Below, piece by piece: positions 22,401 to 28,856 of a stretch of DNA of 64,000 bases. A program made the position numbers and the translations under genes. Source of the DNA: Candidatus Micrarchaeia archaeon (GTDB taxonomy: Archaea; Micrarchaeota; Micrarchaeia; Anstonellales; J096); assembly GCA_041500865.1 (NCBI GenBank), contig JBGQMY010000002.1, forward strand, positions 14,196-78,195, read 5' to 3'. Each line of letters opens with the position of its first letter. Positions within the stretch are counted from its first letter, which is position 1. Under the pieces are notes generated by a model, which was given only the letters and a program-made list of their open reading frames with translations, was not told the origin of the DNA and made no database searches.

Positions 22401-23613
22401 CTGGGTTGCCGCCGTTTTCGGATATGTAGACCGGAACTGTCGCGCTGACCGTGACATTGGCGACCGAACTGCCGTAAGATGCGTTTGATGATGCATTGAA
22501 TAAATACTCATTATAGGCCACGACCTGTCCGATGCCGTTGCCGTATATCGCCTGGTAAGTCGTCATCCACGGAGTCAGGCCGCTGGCATCGGTTGTCGCG
22601 TTCCATGCCTGCGCCCCAAGGCCGTTTGTGGCTGTGACGTTCGCGGCATTTACAGGAGCCGTTCCGTTGGAGACGTTTGCGCGGACATACCAGCCGATTG
22701 TGAAGTTGCTGGCCGCAACAGAGCCAAGTTGGCCAAGGCTAAGGCCGCTGATGTTGATGAACGAGTTGTTGCTTGAGGACGTGTTTGAATAAACTTGCCA
22801 TGTCGTTACGTTGGCGAGGGAAACGTTGGCAATAATGTTGCTTGTCGCATAAGTAAGATGGAAGGCATGCGTAACGTTTGATATTGAGCCTCCTGTCACG
22901 GCATTGCTGCTGTCCACGGAAAATTGGATGCCGTACGTAACTTTTGATATGTAGTTGCCGCTGACTGTGTTGCTATTTGAGTTGGTGTCAAGCGCTATGC
23001 CAATCGGCGACGTGTTATTGATGATGTTGTTGGCTATTAGGTTGCTCGAGGCGCCTGGAATGTAAATGCCGAGCGTTGTGCCTGAGATGTTGTTGTTCGT
23101 TATGTTGTTGCTTGTTGAGCTGCCGCTGGAGACGTATATTCTTATGCCGTAGCCGTAATTGTATGGGTCGTTGACTGTGGTGTTCGCGATTGTGTTGCCG
23201 GTTATGGTGTTGTTGGCATTGGTGCCTGAAACATATATGTTGATGCCGCTCTGGCTCCTGGTTATGGTGTTGTTCTGGATGGTGCTGTTGGCCACGCCGC
23301 CTGACGTGCGGATGCCGTCGCTGAAGTTCCAGATGTTGCAGTTCTTTATTGTGACGTTGTTCTTGTCAGGGATATAGACGCCATACCTTCCGTTATCGGG
23401 GGTGACGCCGATTATGGAATATCCGCCGCAGTCAATCACGATGTTGCTTGCATTCACATATACGCAAGCGGTGCCGGTTGAGGCATTGGCGACCATGTCG
23501 CTTGACATCGTCAGGCTGGCATTGAGGCTTTCTGAGCAGTTCGTTGCGAAGGCCAGAGACGCAAAAACGAAAATCCACGCAATAGCGTAGCGTATGCTTA
23601 GATTACATTGCAT
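10423..23613 (-). CDS. Giant (~4400 aa) membrane-anchored surface protein: beta-helix, PPC-like domain, S8 subtilase, RCC1-like propeller, Ig-like repeats, Gly linker, C-terminal TM
   Basis: Signal peptide from 23613; NNTI.GN beta-helix repeats; catalytic LDTG / HGSHVSG / GTSMATPHVSG; repeated VDT..P.I Ig junctions; TM followed by a short basic tail. Confidence 0.9.
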   Translation of the reverse strand: MQCNLSIRYAIAWIFVFASLAFATNCSESLNASLTMSSDMVANASTGTACVYVNASNIVIDCGGYSIIGVTPDNGRYGVYIPDKNNVTIKNCNIWNFSDGIRTSGGVANSTIQNNTITRSQSGINIYVSGTNANNTITGNTIANTTVNDPYNYGYGIRIYVSSGSSTSNNITNNNISGTTLGIYIPGASSNLIANNIINNTSPIGIALDTNSNSNTVSGNYISKVTYGIQFSVDSSNAVTGGSISNVTHAFHLTYATSNIIANVSLANVTTWQVYSNTSSSNNSFINISGLSLGQLGSVAASNFTIGWYVRANVSNGTAPVNAANVTATNGLGAQAWNATTDASGLTPWMTTYQAIYGNGIGQVVAYNEYLFNASSNASYGSSVANVTVSATVPVYISENGGNPDVKITNPTGNYDNISGVIMQFVGGVVDVEGIAYDPNMTSWALSLYRNGAYNATICNGTASVSNETDPSPICSWDTSLNCAGECENYSLVLNASSPGGYGYDMLPNITVDNSPPSVSKMDLNYSLYYHRTWFLRANITDKYLWSVTPFVLDNYSYVVTGWGQSGNETQGTNWDFPASGAYNTTWSQETYTLNGENVSAYYNFYFLALGNDSPTASVPGCLKINDTAPWDCNGTFIFSCGEDNNCTKPYNWWLIYNTSMSNGQNATLLGIASEQWCGMDGCNLSTTSIINANNQTKFMPQRIYLNLSTAQKVPFNNSNITIYPVNSSSNIPLVRADPDGEYRIGFEADDHVNAHAMAWGVLANLSSQLPVSDVQILNPDNFFSPYDAIINLSVNATGEGNITSVVANFSDVNASACGGILNLTFNHATGLWNGSCSIGQYAQPGPVNQRMVWVIATDEFSQWNMTPVEIILQDIGVPNMTGNPCTRFGNLTTNFTKVFDFSRVNFIIDIQMNESCASGGLSPSTNFSSAALINLTSVNISTWSGADKLSNLGSAITVDIGAPDTFEQSRIFIDTDYFVELDTNATVRLYNLPFVSQPGIYADDSPKQSSVHVASWTTYNSSTLNGGTCSVNATTQKCSTYPITGTCQLHTGYCYVNGTSCSINSSSNGICSLAGYAGCRTLGTNCSLSGATYAVAGTLTFNVSGFSGYNVTENVSPVITLVKPADGYSTNITSFIMNITVNGTGTAPSLILISINATTYVYNATNGSVTSNTANCTALAPNGETLRCLRNTTTLTQGDYRLNVTAYDFAYPEPGNNATSRTTFTIAPLSPDAYEPDNDNASANWINTTGVPQTHTFNTPTDIDFVKFNAINGYTYFIWTKNLTAISITDTQMQLYNSTGTILGYSDDIIFAINRNSEIWFTAPETATYYVEVDELYGDAGTYNLYVQQQGILVANITNVTRSSMKDNATFNISASVTCVGGPCGAVAAVLDPIMAGANETPKDILSAAKNGPVEVIVTLKEPAASLKTRENVYSVQSAVISTLSSGDFKVKYRYSTVNSFSGTATLAGIKSLMANPNVASVRIARTFHTMLDVSVPLINATELWNMSINGRNINGTGQTVCILDTGINYAHPDFGSCTLADIITSHNCSKIVGGYDFYNNDTNFIDDNGHGSHVSGIVGSIDSVYRGVAPGAKIAMVKVCDSTGDVCPEADIEAGIEWCINNASLYNISVISISIGGSDCNYGSCDGKVCDNDDAFTPYLYNARNSNISVVIASGNEHHGSGASDPFSDVPGIGSPACISTAISVGATDDSDAIAGFTNRDRTLDVLAPGVGIIATDFAGTHTPKQGTSMATPHVSGAIALINQFFVQSYGRMPAPVEVDSMLKTGGKPIVDTAGTLNYTYPRVNALGSTLDKGVVPTTVGARPFYTTSSNPSNLSCYSNMTQGKVCNATWKVYATGDNGTYSFFTIDVAYAADGSGELMEYGRFYSSTYNISIDNVAPALAFVSPTPNTSAYLNGSIAINVSSSENLQSCTLTMDAQRRASSNAPISVGTYQTCYVLSNGNSKCYGFNGNGEATNYTGGNAIAVAMGEYHTCYVLSNGNSVCYGSNTDGRSTNYTGGNAIAVSTEYKHTCYVLSNGNSVCYGDDSSNQSTSYTGGDAVAVSATDYDTCYLLSSGNSVCYGDANCLGYTPCVGSAGQATNYTGGDAIAVAAGQDHTCYVLSSGNSVCYGYDSGNGETTSYTGGDAIAVSASNLDTCYLLSNGNSTCYGFNGNGPGEATNYTGGKAIALSAGVFHTCYLLSNGNSTCYGDNTYGMSANYILGNIRIPALPSSYAMQIHNSDGNTTANYTLASLSDGTHVYFANCSDLAGNPNATGVRNVIVDTTNPAISIVSPSQAYYANGTNMLINISASDANLDTVRFYNGTGTANTTYAGPVTLNYTDGVYNMTAWANDTVGRTNSTNRTFIVDTINPAITFTTPTPNSSAYSLNAYVAINISSSDTNFANATIRLYNATGGLRNSTFSSSPGSVFVNYTNLSDGLYYFNATVYDLAGLANKTETRNITIDATAPSITIISPTSKLYNNASILVNISVTDSDNSTWFFNGTANETYAVGTPVTRTFQQGANTLTVWSNDLIGHLSTASVNFSVDSIPPNITLNAPAAGGFSNTINVTLSFTPDDNVDTSITCKIYINGTLNATAAVSNASQYNLTRNFSNALRTWYVNCTDDANNSAVSETRNFTVDTIKPTIIFKSPTENSSAYLNRDSALVNVTASDANFRNVTIFFYNSTGLYFNTSGTLTNLFANETSLAEGIYYINATAFDSAGNLNKTETRNFTVDTVNPAIAFVAPTTNVSFSLNNYVLANVSVNDSNFANVTVRLYNSTGGLRNSTFSSSSATVFANYSNLSDGVYYFNATAYDRAGRINKTETRNVTLNTVAPTLAIISPTARYYTNATIWVNISATDADLNTTWFYNGTDNETYNGTPVTRTFQQGANTLTAWANDMVGHVSTASVNFTVDSVPPNITLNAPAAGSFSPTTNVTLSFTPDDNVDTSITCKIYINGTLNATVAVSNASQYNLTRNFSNALRTWYVNCTDDANNTVVSETRNFTVDTINPAIAIMSPSLAYYTNATILVNISATDANKDTVWFYNGTDNETYNGTPFARNFSDATYGMYAWVNDSAGRINSTNRTFTVDTINPEISFVAPTTNVTASLNNFIEINVSANDTNLANVTIRVYNSTGALVRNQTSTASPAFLNVTGLGDGTYFFNATVYDRAGRTNKTETRNVTLDAIAPSITIISPAATAYSNSTVLVSINVTDADLNTTWFYNGTANETYMVPVNRTFTEGANTLTVWSTDMVGHVSTASVNFTVDTTNPAIRFATPSTNSSSFANSIIANVSVNDSSFANVTVRLYNASGALRNQTWSNSSSFLANFSGLAEGTYYFNATAYDMVGRSNSTETRNVTVDRTVPQIWFASPTTNSSTGTPIPNIDVNLIMNDTNTMNGIITLYTPAGLYDTFNGSASGILVLAHTFNNLSDGVYYLNASVSDLAGNFNKTETRIIVIDTTAPGITLVAPENNSFPASSLVSLSFTAVDAISENMTCVVYVDGSAAGSVNAHNNTPASLSYNATETSHLWNVSCSDAANNIAVSGTDNFTVDTVSPTITIVSPLLSYYYNTSTILINISANDTNLDTVWFYTNGTNVIYTPPGAPFTLDFDDGIYNMTAWANDSAGTTVSSGRTFTVDTTAPIVAIQSPDNITIYTTANIDLNYTASDANLAYCRYMVDGGAAIGLAGCSNISSLLGISDGNHTITVIANDSAGNTANDTVFFAMNLTPESNAPNYTALEPSANINDTYRPNLSYLLNATWTDETGLDTVLVENNFSGSLVQSPFTSQAGSQFEYDTGHLAAGEYTYRWTANDTWSNLNDSMPNMSITVLMADPSAALAASPSWSGTWPYGTIVNCTGAAQVNMELYRNGTLVDSGMGFASDPQNLSAGTYEYVCNTSGNENYTNGSASNTLTIAQVSTALTFSSSAGWTPTWNNSNINVSCSGQAGLNVSIYRNGTFMASGLGYAESIANLPAGAYLFVCNISGTENYTGASASNNLTIAKAAPSISLTVNGVAGGITVNTGATVTFNGTVTTPANGHIEIWLDSAFSRSGNGNIYNSTSWSATGTHTVKLVYNATENYSSSSLSRTVTVKTSGGGGGGGGGGGGGGAALPSMAISNYTSCNSDGTANVRVTVASSGTALSGVTVYINSDDRHTAYTSGYTFSNLASGTYVVYADKDGYDSASLTVSFSCAAAGGQQNQTAGNGTQGGMSRNQTSQIPYVSNGSTRYINVTLIDVGAEYAAYQVDSLTGTITVYVGENRTVDVNGDGSLNVSIMLNNVSGNNAFAVIGAMARAAAQQGGNATHPTNVTQNVSGANITCAADNGACKIDSDCCSGSCNMSAGLCAQAQPPKPLDWVGVLAAALLAIVAIAAIIVAIYYFFLREGGGSGRQYKFKG
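16950..17770 (-). repeat. Seven RCC1/BLIP-II-like tandem coding repeats
   Basis: 7 x TCY[VL]LS[NS]GNS.CYG...NYTGG.AIAV, near-identical at DNA level. Confidence 0.88.
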
Positions 23614-23634
23614 GGATGGGCTTTGGCTGCGCGC

Positions 23635-23657
23635 CTTTTTAAACATTAATGACGTTG
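23635..23657 (-). promoter_or_regulatory. Promoter (TATA TTTAAAAA plus upstream AACGTCAT) of the giant surface protein
   Basis: CAACGTCATTAATGTTTAAAAAG ends 22 nt before the ATG; near-identical copy at 25128-25149. Confidence 0.65.
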
Positions 23658-23730
23658 GGCGACGATTAAGGCATAATTAAAGTAGAAACGTGTTGGTAAA
23701 TCAAAAAAAAGGTTCAGCGAAAAGCCCCCC

Positions 23731-25107
23731 TTATTTCCTTGCGGAGGGGGAAGGCCGGCCCCGCTTCGCGGCATACAGCAGCAGGGCAACAACCGCAACG
23801 ATGACAATTGCCGCAACAAATATCATGACGGCTGATGCCCTGCCGGCCGCGCCGGTGTTGGAGGTTGCGTTCGCCTGCGCTGCCGTAGCATTGGTTACGT
23901 TGGTTTTGGCTCCGACCTGGCCGGTTACGTTTCCATGCGTTATTGTTACATTGTTCATACCTGGGCTTCCGGCGCCGCTCCCGCTGCCTTCGGTGTAGTT
24001 GACTGTTAAGTTTCCTGTTATGTTGCTCAGGACGGTGTTGTTGGTTTCATTGTCGGGATGTATGCCGTCCCCGTCGTCGTCATGGGTCTCATTCTCATGC
24101 ACGGTTGCATTGGCGCCGTATGGGCACAGGATTGACAGCCCGTTTGTGTCGTTCGGGCCCGGCAGGGACGGGTCATTCAAGCCCTTTCCGATTCCGGCAT
24201 CGCGCAGCGCCAGGGCAGGAAAGGGGACTGCGTTCCCTTCCTTGCCGCGGCATTCTGCAGAGCCGTTGCTGAAAAGGACGCACCTGAATGAGCCGCCTGC
24301 CGCTGCAAGGCTGCTGTTGAGGACAAGGATGGCCTGGCGCCTGCCCGCTTCGGGTGATGGCACGGTGCTCGTGATGTTGAGGCGCTTGTCAAAGCTCTCC
24401 GTCCTGGAGATATAATTGATGCCAAGGAAGCAGGAGCGCGTGTCATTGTCCAATATCAGGTTTACTGTCACATTGGCGTACGGCAGGCCGAATGGGCACA
24501 GGGGCGCCAGCATGGATGAGATGTTCGGGTCAGGCTTGGAGCCAGGCGAACCTTTTTCCAGCAGATGCGAAATGCCGGAGATGAGCTGGTCGGGGGCAGG
24601 CTTTCCATCCTGTTCCGCGCCGTTGCATTTTGCGGTGCCGTTGGGGTCTATCGGCGGGTGTTCCTGCTGGCCTGAGCCTTGGCTGCCGCCCCCATCTTGA
24701 TTGCCTGCTCCGGAGCCGTTGGTGAAAAGCTGGCACGTGAATGAGCCGCCCCCTTCGGAAAGGCTTTTGTTGAGCATCATGACGAATTGCTTGCTTTCAT
24801 CGCTGATTGAGGCATTGGGCTCGCCTCCTGTGATGTTAATTAGTTTATCAATTTCCAGCTGGCTGGAGACGTAATTGACGTCAAGTGCGCAGTAATGGGC
24901 ATCGTAGTCCGCTATAAGGCTTATTGTGACATTGGCGTAGTTCATTGGGCCATTGGGACCGGTGCCGTTTTGGTCGCCGCCGTTGTGCTGGCCGCCTGTG
25001 CCGTTCTGGTCGTCTCCGCCCGGAGGCCCTGACGGCTCTGCGAACGCCATTGAGGCAAAAACAAGCATCCACGCGATGGCGCAACACACGACAAGATTAG
25101 ACTGCAT
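23731..25107 (-). CDS. Secreted, C-terminally anchored glycoprotein with a duplicated Cys-containing domain
   Basis: Signal peptide; two YANVT...C.L..NY.S...DK..NIT...GGSF.C.LF.NGS...LCP units; C-terminal TM plus basic tail. Confidence 0.8.
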   Translation of the reverse strand: MQSNLVVCCAIAWMLVFASMAFAEPSGPPGGDDQNGTGGQHNGGDQNGTGPNGPMNYANVTISLIADYDAHYCALDVNYVSSQLEIDKLINITGGEPNASISDESKQFVMMLNKSLSEGGGSFTCQLFTNGSGAGNQDGGGSQGSGQQEHPPIDPNGTAKCNGAEQDGKPAPDQLISGISHLLEKGSPGSKPDPNISSMLAPLCPFGLPYANVTVNLILDNDTRSCFLGINYISRTESFDKRLNITSTVPSPEAGRRQAILVLNSSLAAAGGSFRCVLFSNGSAECRGKEGNAVPFPALALRDAGIGKGLNDPSLPGPNDTNGLSILCPYGANATVHENETHDDDGDGIHPDNETNNTVLSNITGNLTVNYTEGSGSGAGSPGMNNVTITHGNVTGQVGAKTNVTNATAAQANATSNTGAAGRASAVMIFVAAIVIVAVVALLLYAAKRGRPSPSARK

Positions 25108-25127
25108 ACGGAGTTTTGGCGTTGCTA

Positions 25128-25149
25128 CTTTTTAAACATTATGACGTTG
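25128..25149 (-). promoter_or_regulatory. Promoter of the 458-aa surface protein
   Basis: CAACGTCATAATGTTTAAAAAG ends 21 nt before ATG 25107. Confidence 0.65.
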
Positions 25150-25185
25150 CGGGTTAATAGATGTCAGTATATGTTTGAAACGCCG

Positions 25186-25653
25186 TCATCCGGCAACGCA
25201 CTCGCTGAAGGATACTATGAATGAGTTGGATGCTTCCTTTCTCATCAGATCATACAGTAATGGCATGGATTCTAGGATATTTCTGATTTTGTCGTGCCTT
25301 GATTGCGAGGCCATGCTTAATGGGGTCCAGCCGTCATTGTTCTTTGCCTCGATGCTTGCTCCTTTTCCGAGCAGCAAGGCGCAGGTTTGGGTGTGTCCGT
25401 TCCTTGCGGCATGCATGAGCGGAGTCATGCCGCTGCCGCCTTTTGCCTCTATGCTTGCGCCAAGCTTCAGCAGCGTTTCAATGCCTGTATTGTCGCCGCT
25501 CTCTGCGGATTCCAGCAGTTCATTGTTGAGCCGCCTTTGCCCTTCTGCCGATAATGCCGGATTCTTCAATGCCGGCTTTTCGCTGGGCATGATGTCTGCT
25601 TTCAATTTAACTGGTTCTGTTGCCGGATTGTTTTGGAGCGTCTTTTCCTGCAT
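25186..25653 (-). CDS. Ankyrin repeat protein
   Basis: GMTPLMHAARNGHTQTCALLLGKGASIEAK repeats; the upstream part of the listed ORF runs through repeat DNA, so the start is set at 25653. Confidence 0.85.
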   Translation of the reverse strand: MQEKTLQNNPATEPVKLKADIMPSEKPALKNPALSAEGQRRLNNELLESAESGDNTGIETLLKLGASIEAKGGSGMTPLMHAARNGHTQTCALLLGKGASIEAKNNDGWTPLSMASQSRHDKIRNILESMPLLYDLMRKEASNSFIVSFSECVAG

Positions 25654-25696
25654 GTATCTATTGTGCGGCAAAGCAATTAAAAACAGCGCGCAGCGC

Positions 25697-25800
25697 CCTA
25701 AATGCCTTCTTTTGAACCCAAGGGCCTTTTCTTTCCCCAAGTGCTTTCTTTTTCCAATGCGCATCAGCGCCAAAAGCAGGGGGGCGGGAGGAGCTTGGAA
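25697..25800 (-). repeat. Repeat modules 3' of tRNA-Thr
   Basis: 25697-25720 is the exact reverse complement of 50067-50090; the AAAGAAAGC..TGGGGAAAGAAA module and the CAAGCTCCTCCC module are shared with the tRNA-Leu flank. Confidence 0.75.
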
Positions 25801-25901
25801 CTGCACAGTTTCGTGGGCCGTCTTTTATGCCAAAGGCAAAACAATGTGGGTATTGCCTGCTGGCCCACGACACTGTGGGGGGTGGAGCCCCCTTGGTTCA
25901 G

Positions 25902-25975
25902 AGCCTCAGGTGGGATTTGAACCCATGACCTCTCGCTTACGAGGCGAGCGCTCTACCAGGCTGAGCTACTGAGGC
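25902..25975 (-). tRNA. tRNA-Thr(CGT)
   Basis: GCCTCAGTAGCTCAGCCTGGTAGAGCG-CTCGC-CTCGTAA-GCGAG-AGGTCATGGGTTCAAATCCCACCTGAGGCT cloverleaf. Confidence 0.96.
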
Positions 25976-26032
25976 GCTGAATCCATATAATCCGGAAACA
26001 CATTTTAAAAACGTTGGTTTCAAGCGACATAC

Positions 26033-26779
26033 ATGATTGCAGAGGCGCTTGTTGCCACGTTCGTCGTAAGCATGATATCCCTTGTCGGCGTTGCTCTCCT
26101 TGTTTTGAAAAAGGAGGCGCTGGACAATGCCCTTTTCTACATACTGAGCTTTGCGACAGGCACGATGCTTGGCGCGGCGTTCCTTGACCTGCTGCCCGAA
26201 TCCGTAGGAGGCATAAAGGCAACTGCCGCTTTCGCGATGGTCCTTGCCGGCATCATGCTGTTCTTCATATTGGAGCGCTTTGTGCACTGGCACCACGCGC
26301 ACCACAGCGACCATCCGGCAAATGAGAAGCCGCTTGCATACCTTTCGCTGCTCGGCGATGCGCTCCACAACTTCTTTGACGGGGTCGCGATAGCCGCAAG
26401 CTTCGCCGCATCGTCCGCAACAGGGATTGCGACCACAATAGCCATAATAATGCACGAGATACCGCAGGAGCTGGGCGATTTCACGTTGCTGCTGTATGGC
26501 GGCTTTTCCGTCAAAAAGGCGCTTTTGTCCAACCTGCTTGTGGCGTTTACGGCGTTTTTGGGCGTGTTCGCGTTCTTCTGGCTGGCATCCTATATTGAGA
26601 ACCTGGACTTTTACGGCATGGCGCTTGCCGCAGGCAGCTTCATATACATAGCCGGAAGCGACCTTATCCCGGAATTGCACAAGGAAACCAAGACCGGCAG
26701 GTCCATCATCCAGCTTGTTGCGGTTGTTGCAGGGATATTGACCATATGGCTGCTGATATCCGCGCTGGGCGCAGCATGA
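26033..26779 (+). CDS. ZIP family zinc/divalent metal transporter
   Basis: His-rich loop, GDALHNFFDG and HEIPQELGD, about 8 TM. Confidence 0.93.
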   Translation: MIAEALVATFVVSMISLVGVALLVLKKEALDNALFYILSFATGTMLGAAFLDLLPESVGGIKATAAFAMVLAGIMLFFILERFVHWHHAHHSDHPANEKPLAYLSLLGDALHNFFDGVAIAASFAASSATGIATTIAIIMHEIPQELGDFTLLLYGGFSVKKALLSNLLVAFTAFLGVFAFFWLASYIENLDFYGMALAAGSFIYIAGSDLIPELHKETKTGRSIIQLVAVVAGILTIWLLISALGAA

Positions 26780-26843
26780 AGCGGAAAATGGGCATTCCAA
26801 GTCTGCGAAGCATTTAAAAACACAATCAGGCAATCCCATAAGC

Positions 26844-28856
26844 ATGAAAAAGCTATTCGCGCTACTTGCAGTTTTGTTCATAACGGCCTCTTTCGGCATC
26901 AGCATGGACCAGTACCTACACAATGGGGAAAACCTGACGGGCAGGAACTTCAACGTAAGCGGGACAAACTACACCCTTTACTCCATAGGCGGCAGCGAGA
27001 CGTTCCTGGTTGACAAGGACAAGGACGTGCTCATAACGGACGGGAGCCAGATAAGCTCCGTCATAAAAAGCTATTATACCGCAGCATACATGCTGACCCC
27101 GAAGGACAAGGCGGACATACTGGCGCTGCTTGATGCGTTCAACGCATCGAGGAATGACGGCCAGATAGGGACTGCGGGAAGGTCCGGCATGGAGGAGTAC
27201 GAATGCAGGAACCTGATGGCGGTCGGCGTCAGCAACCAGATAAGGAACGGGGACCCGGACTTCAACCTGCAGCTCATAAGCGACAACCTGGACCACATGG
27301 CGATATACATATCCAACGACTGGATACAGGGGGGGACGTACGGCGACGCCAACGAGCTGAAGAAGGTGATGTCGTCGTTCTTCAACGCCACGTTCAAGCT
27401 GGACAAGGAGCTGATGACGACAAGGGCGGCGATAGACGGCATAAGCGAGAATGATGCGTATTCCACGCTTGAGGGCGCGAAGCAGAGCATAGACAGGATG
27501 TACGCCTACAAGACTGCGCTTGAGAAGACCTTGCTCAGGCTGCCGAAAACCTATGGCGAATGCCCCGACTGCCTGGGCATATGCTACTATATAGAGATGA
27601 ACGTGACCGCGCTGGACCAGGCCAAGGCGAAGGTGGCCGCTGCGGAGGCCAAGGCAAAGAACCTGAGCGACACGTCCACGATAGCGGACCGCATAACGAA
27701 GACGACGGAGGAAAGGATACAGTTCGTGAAGGACAAGGACCTCGCGTCATACTACAGCATAAAGATGAGCTCCATCGCGAGCTACTGGGACAGCACGTTC
27801 CCGGCAATCAACGCAAGCCTTGCGCTGATAGACAACCCGTCGCTTGACAGCAAGGTATCCACCATAAATGGGAACATTGCCTCAATGAACGCATCCATCC
27901 AGGCGCTGTCGCTGGACGGAATCGACAAGAAGTTCAATGAAACGAGCGGCCTGATAGCCGGCGCGCAAAGCACGGCGCTGGAGGATGTCCAGCTTTACGG
28001 CGCGCTGCTCAACGCCTCGGCGGAGGCGGACAGGGTTGCGCTGCTTTCAAAGGACAACAGCGTAATAGCCGCGAAGCAGCAGCTTGACGCGCTGATGACA
28101 ATCCCGGTAGGCTATGGCACCGCGGTCCAGCTCATTGCGAATTACACGGCGCTGGCAAACCAGTCGGCCAACGTGACAAGCAGGGACCTGGGCCTGAGCG
28201 ACCAAGGCAGCTTGATTGCCGCAAGGACGATAAACGGGTTTTACATCCCGCTCAACCTTGTGGAAAGGGGCTCCATAAAGCCCTATGACAATTATGCGAT
28301 AATGTCGGCGCCGGCCCTCATAGCGATAAGCCTGTGCGCGCTGATAGCGATGTTCACGATAAGCTCCTACAGCGGGGCGAAAAGGAGCTACAGCAAGGGC
28401 AGGGTCGTGATGCTGTCGCTTGCGCCCGGCATTGTGCTGATGATGGTCGTTGTCGCGCTCTCAAGCGCCATGTACCTTTTCACGTCCAGCATCGAGGACT
28501 CCAAGGGCCCGCTCATGTTCATGGACTACACGCATGGCAAGCCGGTCTACATAGTGGCCAACACCGCGGACGCGAATTCCGCCATGGCGAAGTGCGCCAG
28601 CGAGATAGGGGCTGCGATGAACAAGAGCGGCGCTTATGTCACTTTTGCCACGTATGACGGCGCAGTTTGCACCCTCAACGGCAAGAAATACGCGACAGAC
28701 TGCGCAAACAAGATAAATGACGCAACCATATCGCTTTCAAGCGGCAACTATTCCATAAACTCAAGGCTTTTCCTGGTCCCGACGCTTGAAGTCAAGGGAA
28801 GCGACGCAGACTTCGCCAGGTGCGCCATAGCAAAGCTCTATGAGCTGGAAAAATGA
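26844..28856 (+). CDS. Membrane protein: signal peptide, helical external domain, 2 TM, C-terminal Cys domain
   Basis: Long ORF with host-like codon usage and hydrophobic segments; function unknown. Confidence 0.75.
   Translation: MKKLFALLAVLFITASFGISMDQYLHNGENLTGRNFNVSGTNYTLYSIGGSETFLVDKDKDVLITDGSQISSVIKSYYTAAYMLTPKDKADILALLDAFNASRNDGQIGTAGRSGMEEYECRNLMAVGVSNQIRNGDPDFNLQLISDNLDHMAIYISNDWIQGGTYGDANELKKVMSSFFNATFKLDKELMTTRAAIDGISENDAYSTLEGAKQSIDRMYAYKTALEKTLLRLPKTYGECPDCLGICYYIEMNVTALDQAKAKVAAAEAKAKNLSDTSTIADRITKTTEERIQFVKDKDLASYYSIKMSSIASYWDSTFPAINASLALIDNPSLDSKVSTINGNIASMNASIQALSLDGIDKKFNETSGLIAGAQSTALEDVQLYGALLNASAEADRVALLSKDNSVIAAKQQLDALMTIPVGYGTAVQLIANYTALANQSANVTSRDLGLSDQGSLIAARTINGFYIPLNLVERGSIKPYDNYAIMSAPALIAISLCALIAMFTISSYSGAKRSYSKGRVVMLSLAPGIVLMMVVVALSSAMYLFTSSIEDSKGPLMFMDYTHGKPVYIVANTADANSAMAKCASEIGAAMNKSGAYVTFATYDGAVCTLNGKKYATDCANKINDATISLSSGNYSINSRLFLVPTLEVKGSDADFARCAIAKLYELEK

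Noticed and set aside
25800..25880. Hammerhead or tRNA-linked HDV-like ribozyme after tRNA-Thr (GAAAC is present)
   Set aside because: No CUGANGA core, G at the would-be cleavage position, and no nested pseudoknot could be built by eye
4477..25901. Integrated element bounded by the two tRNAs
   Set aside because: No integrase, no duplicated tRNA 3' end, and it contains ordinary htpX with host-like composition
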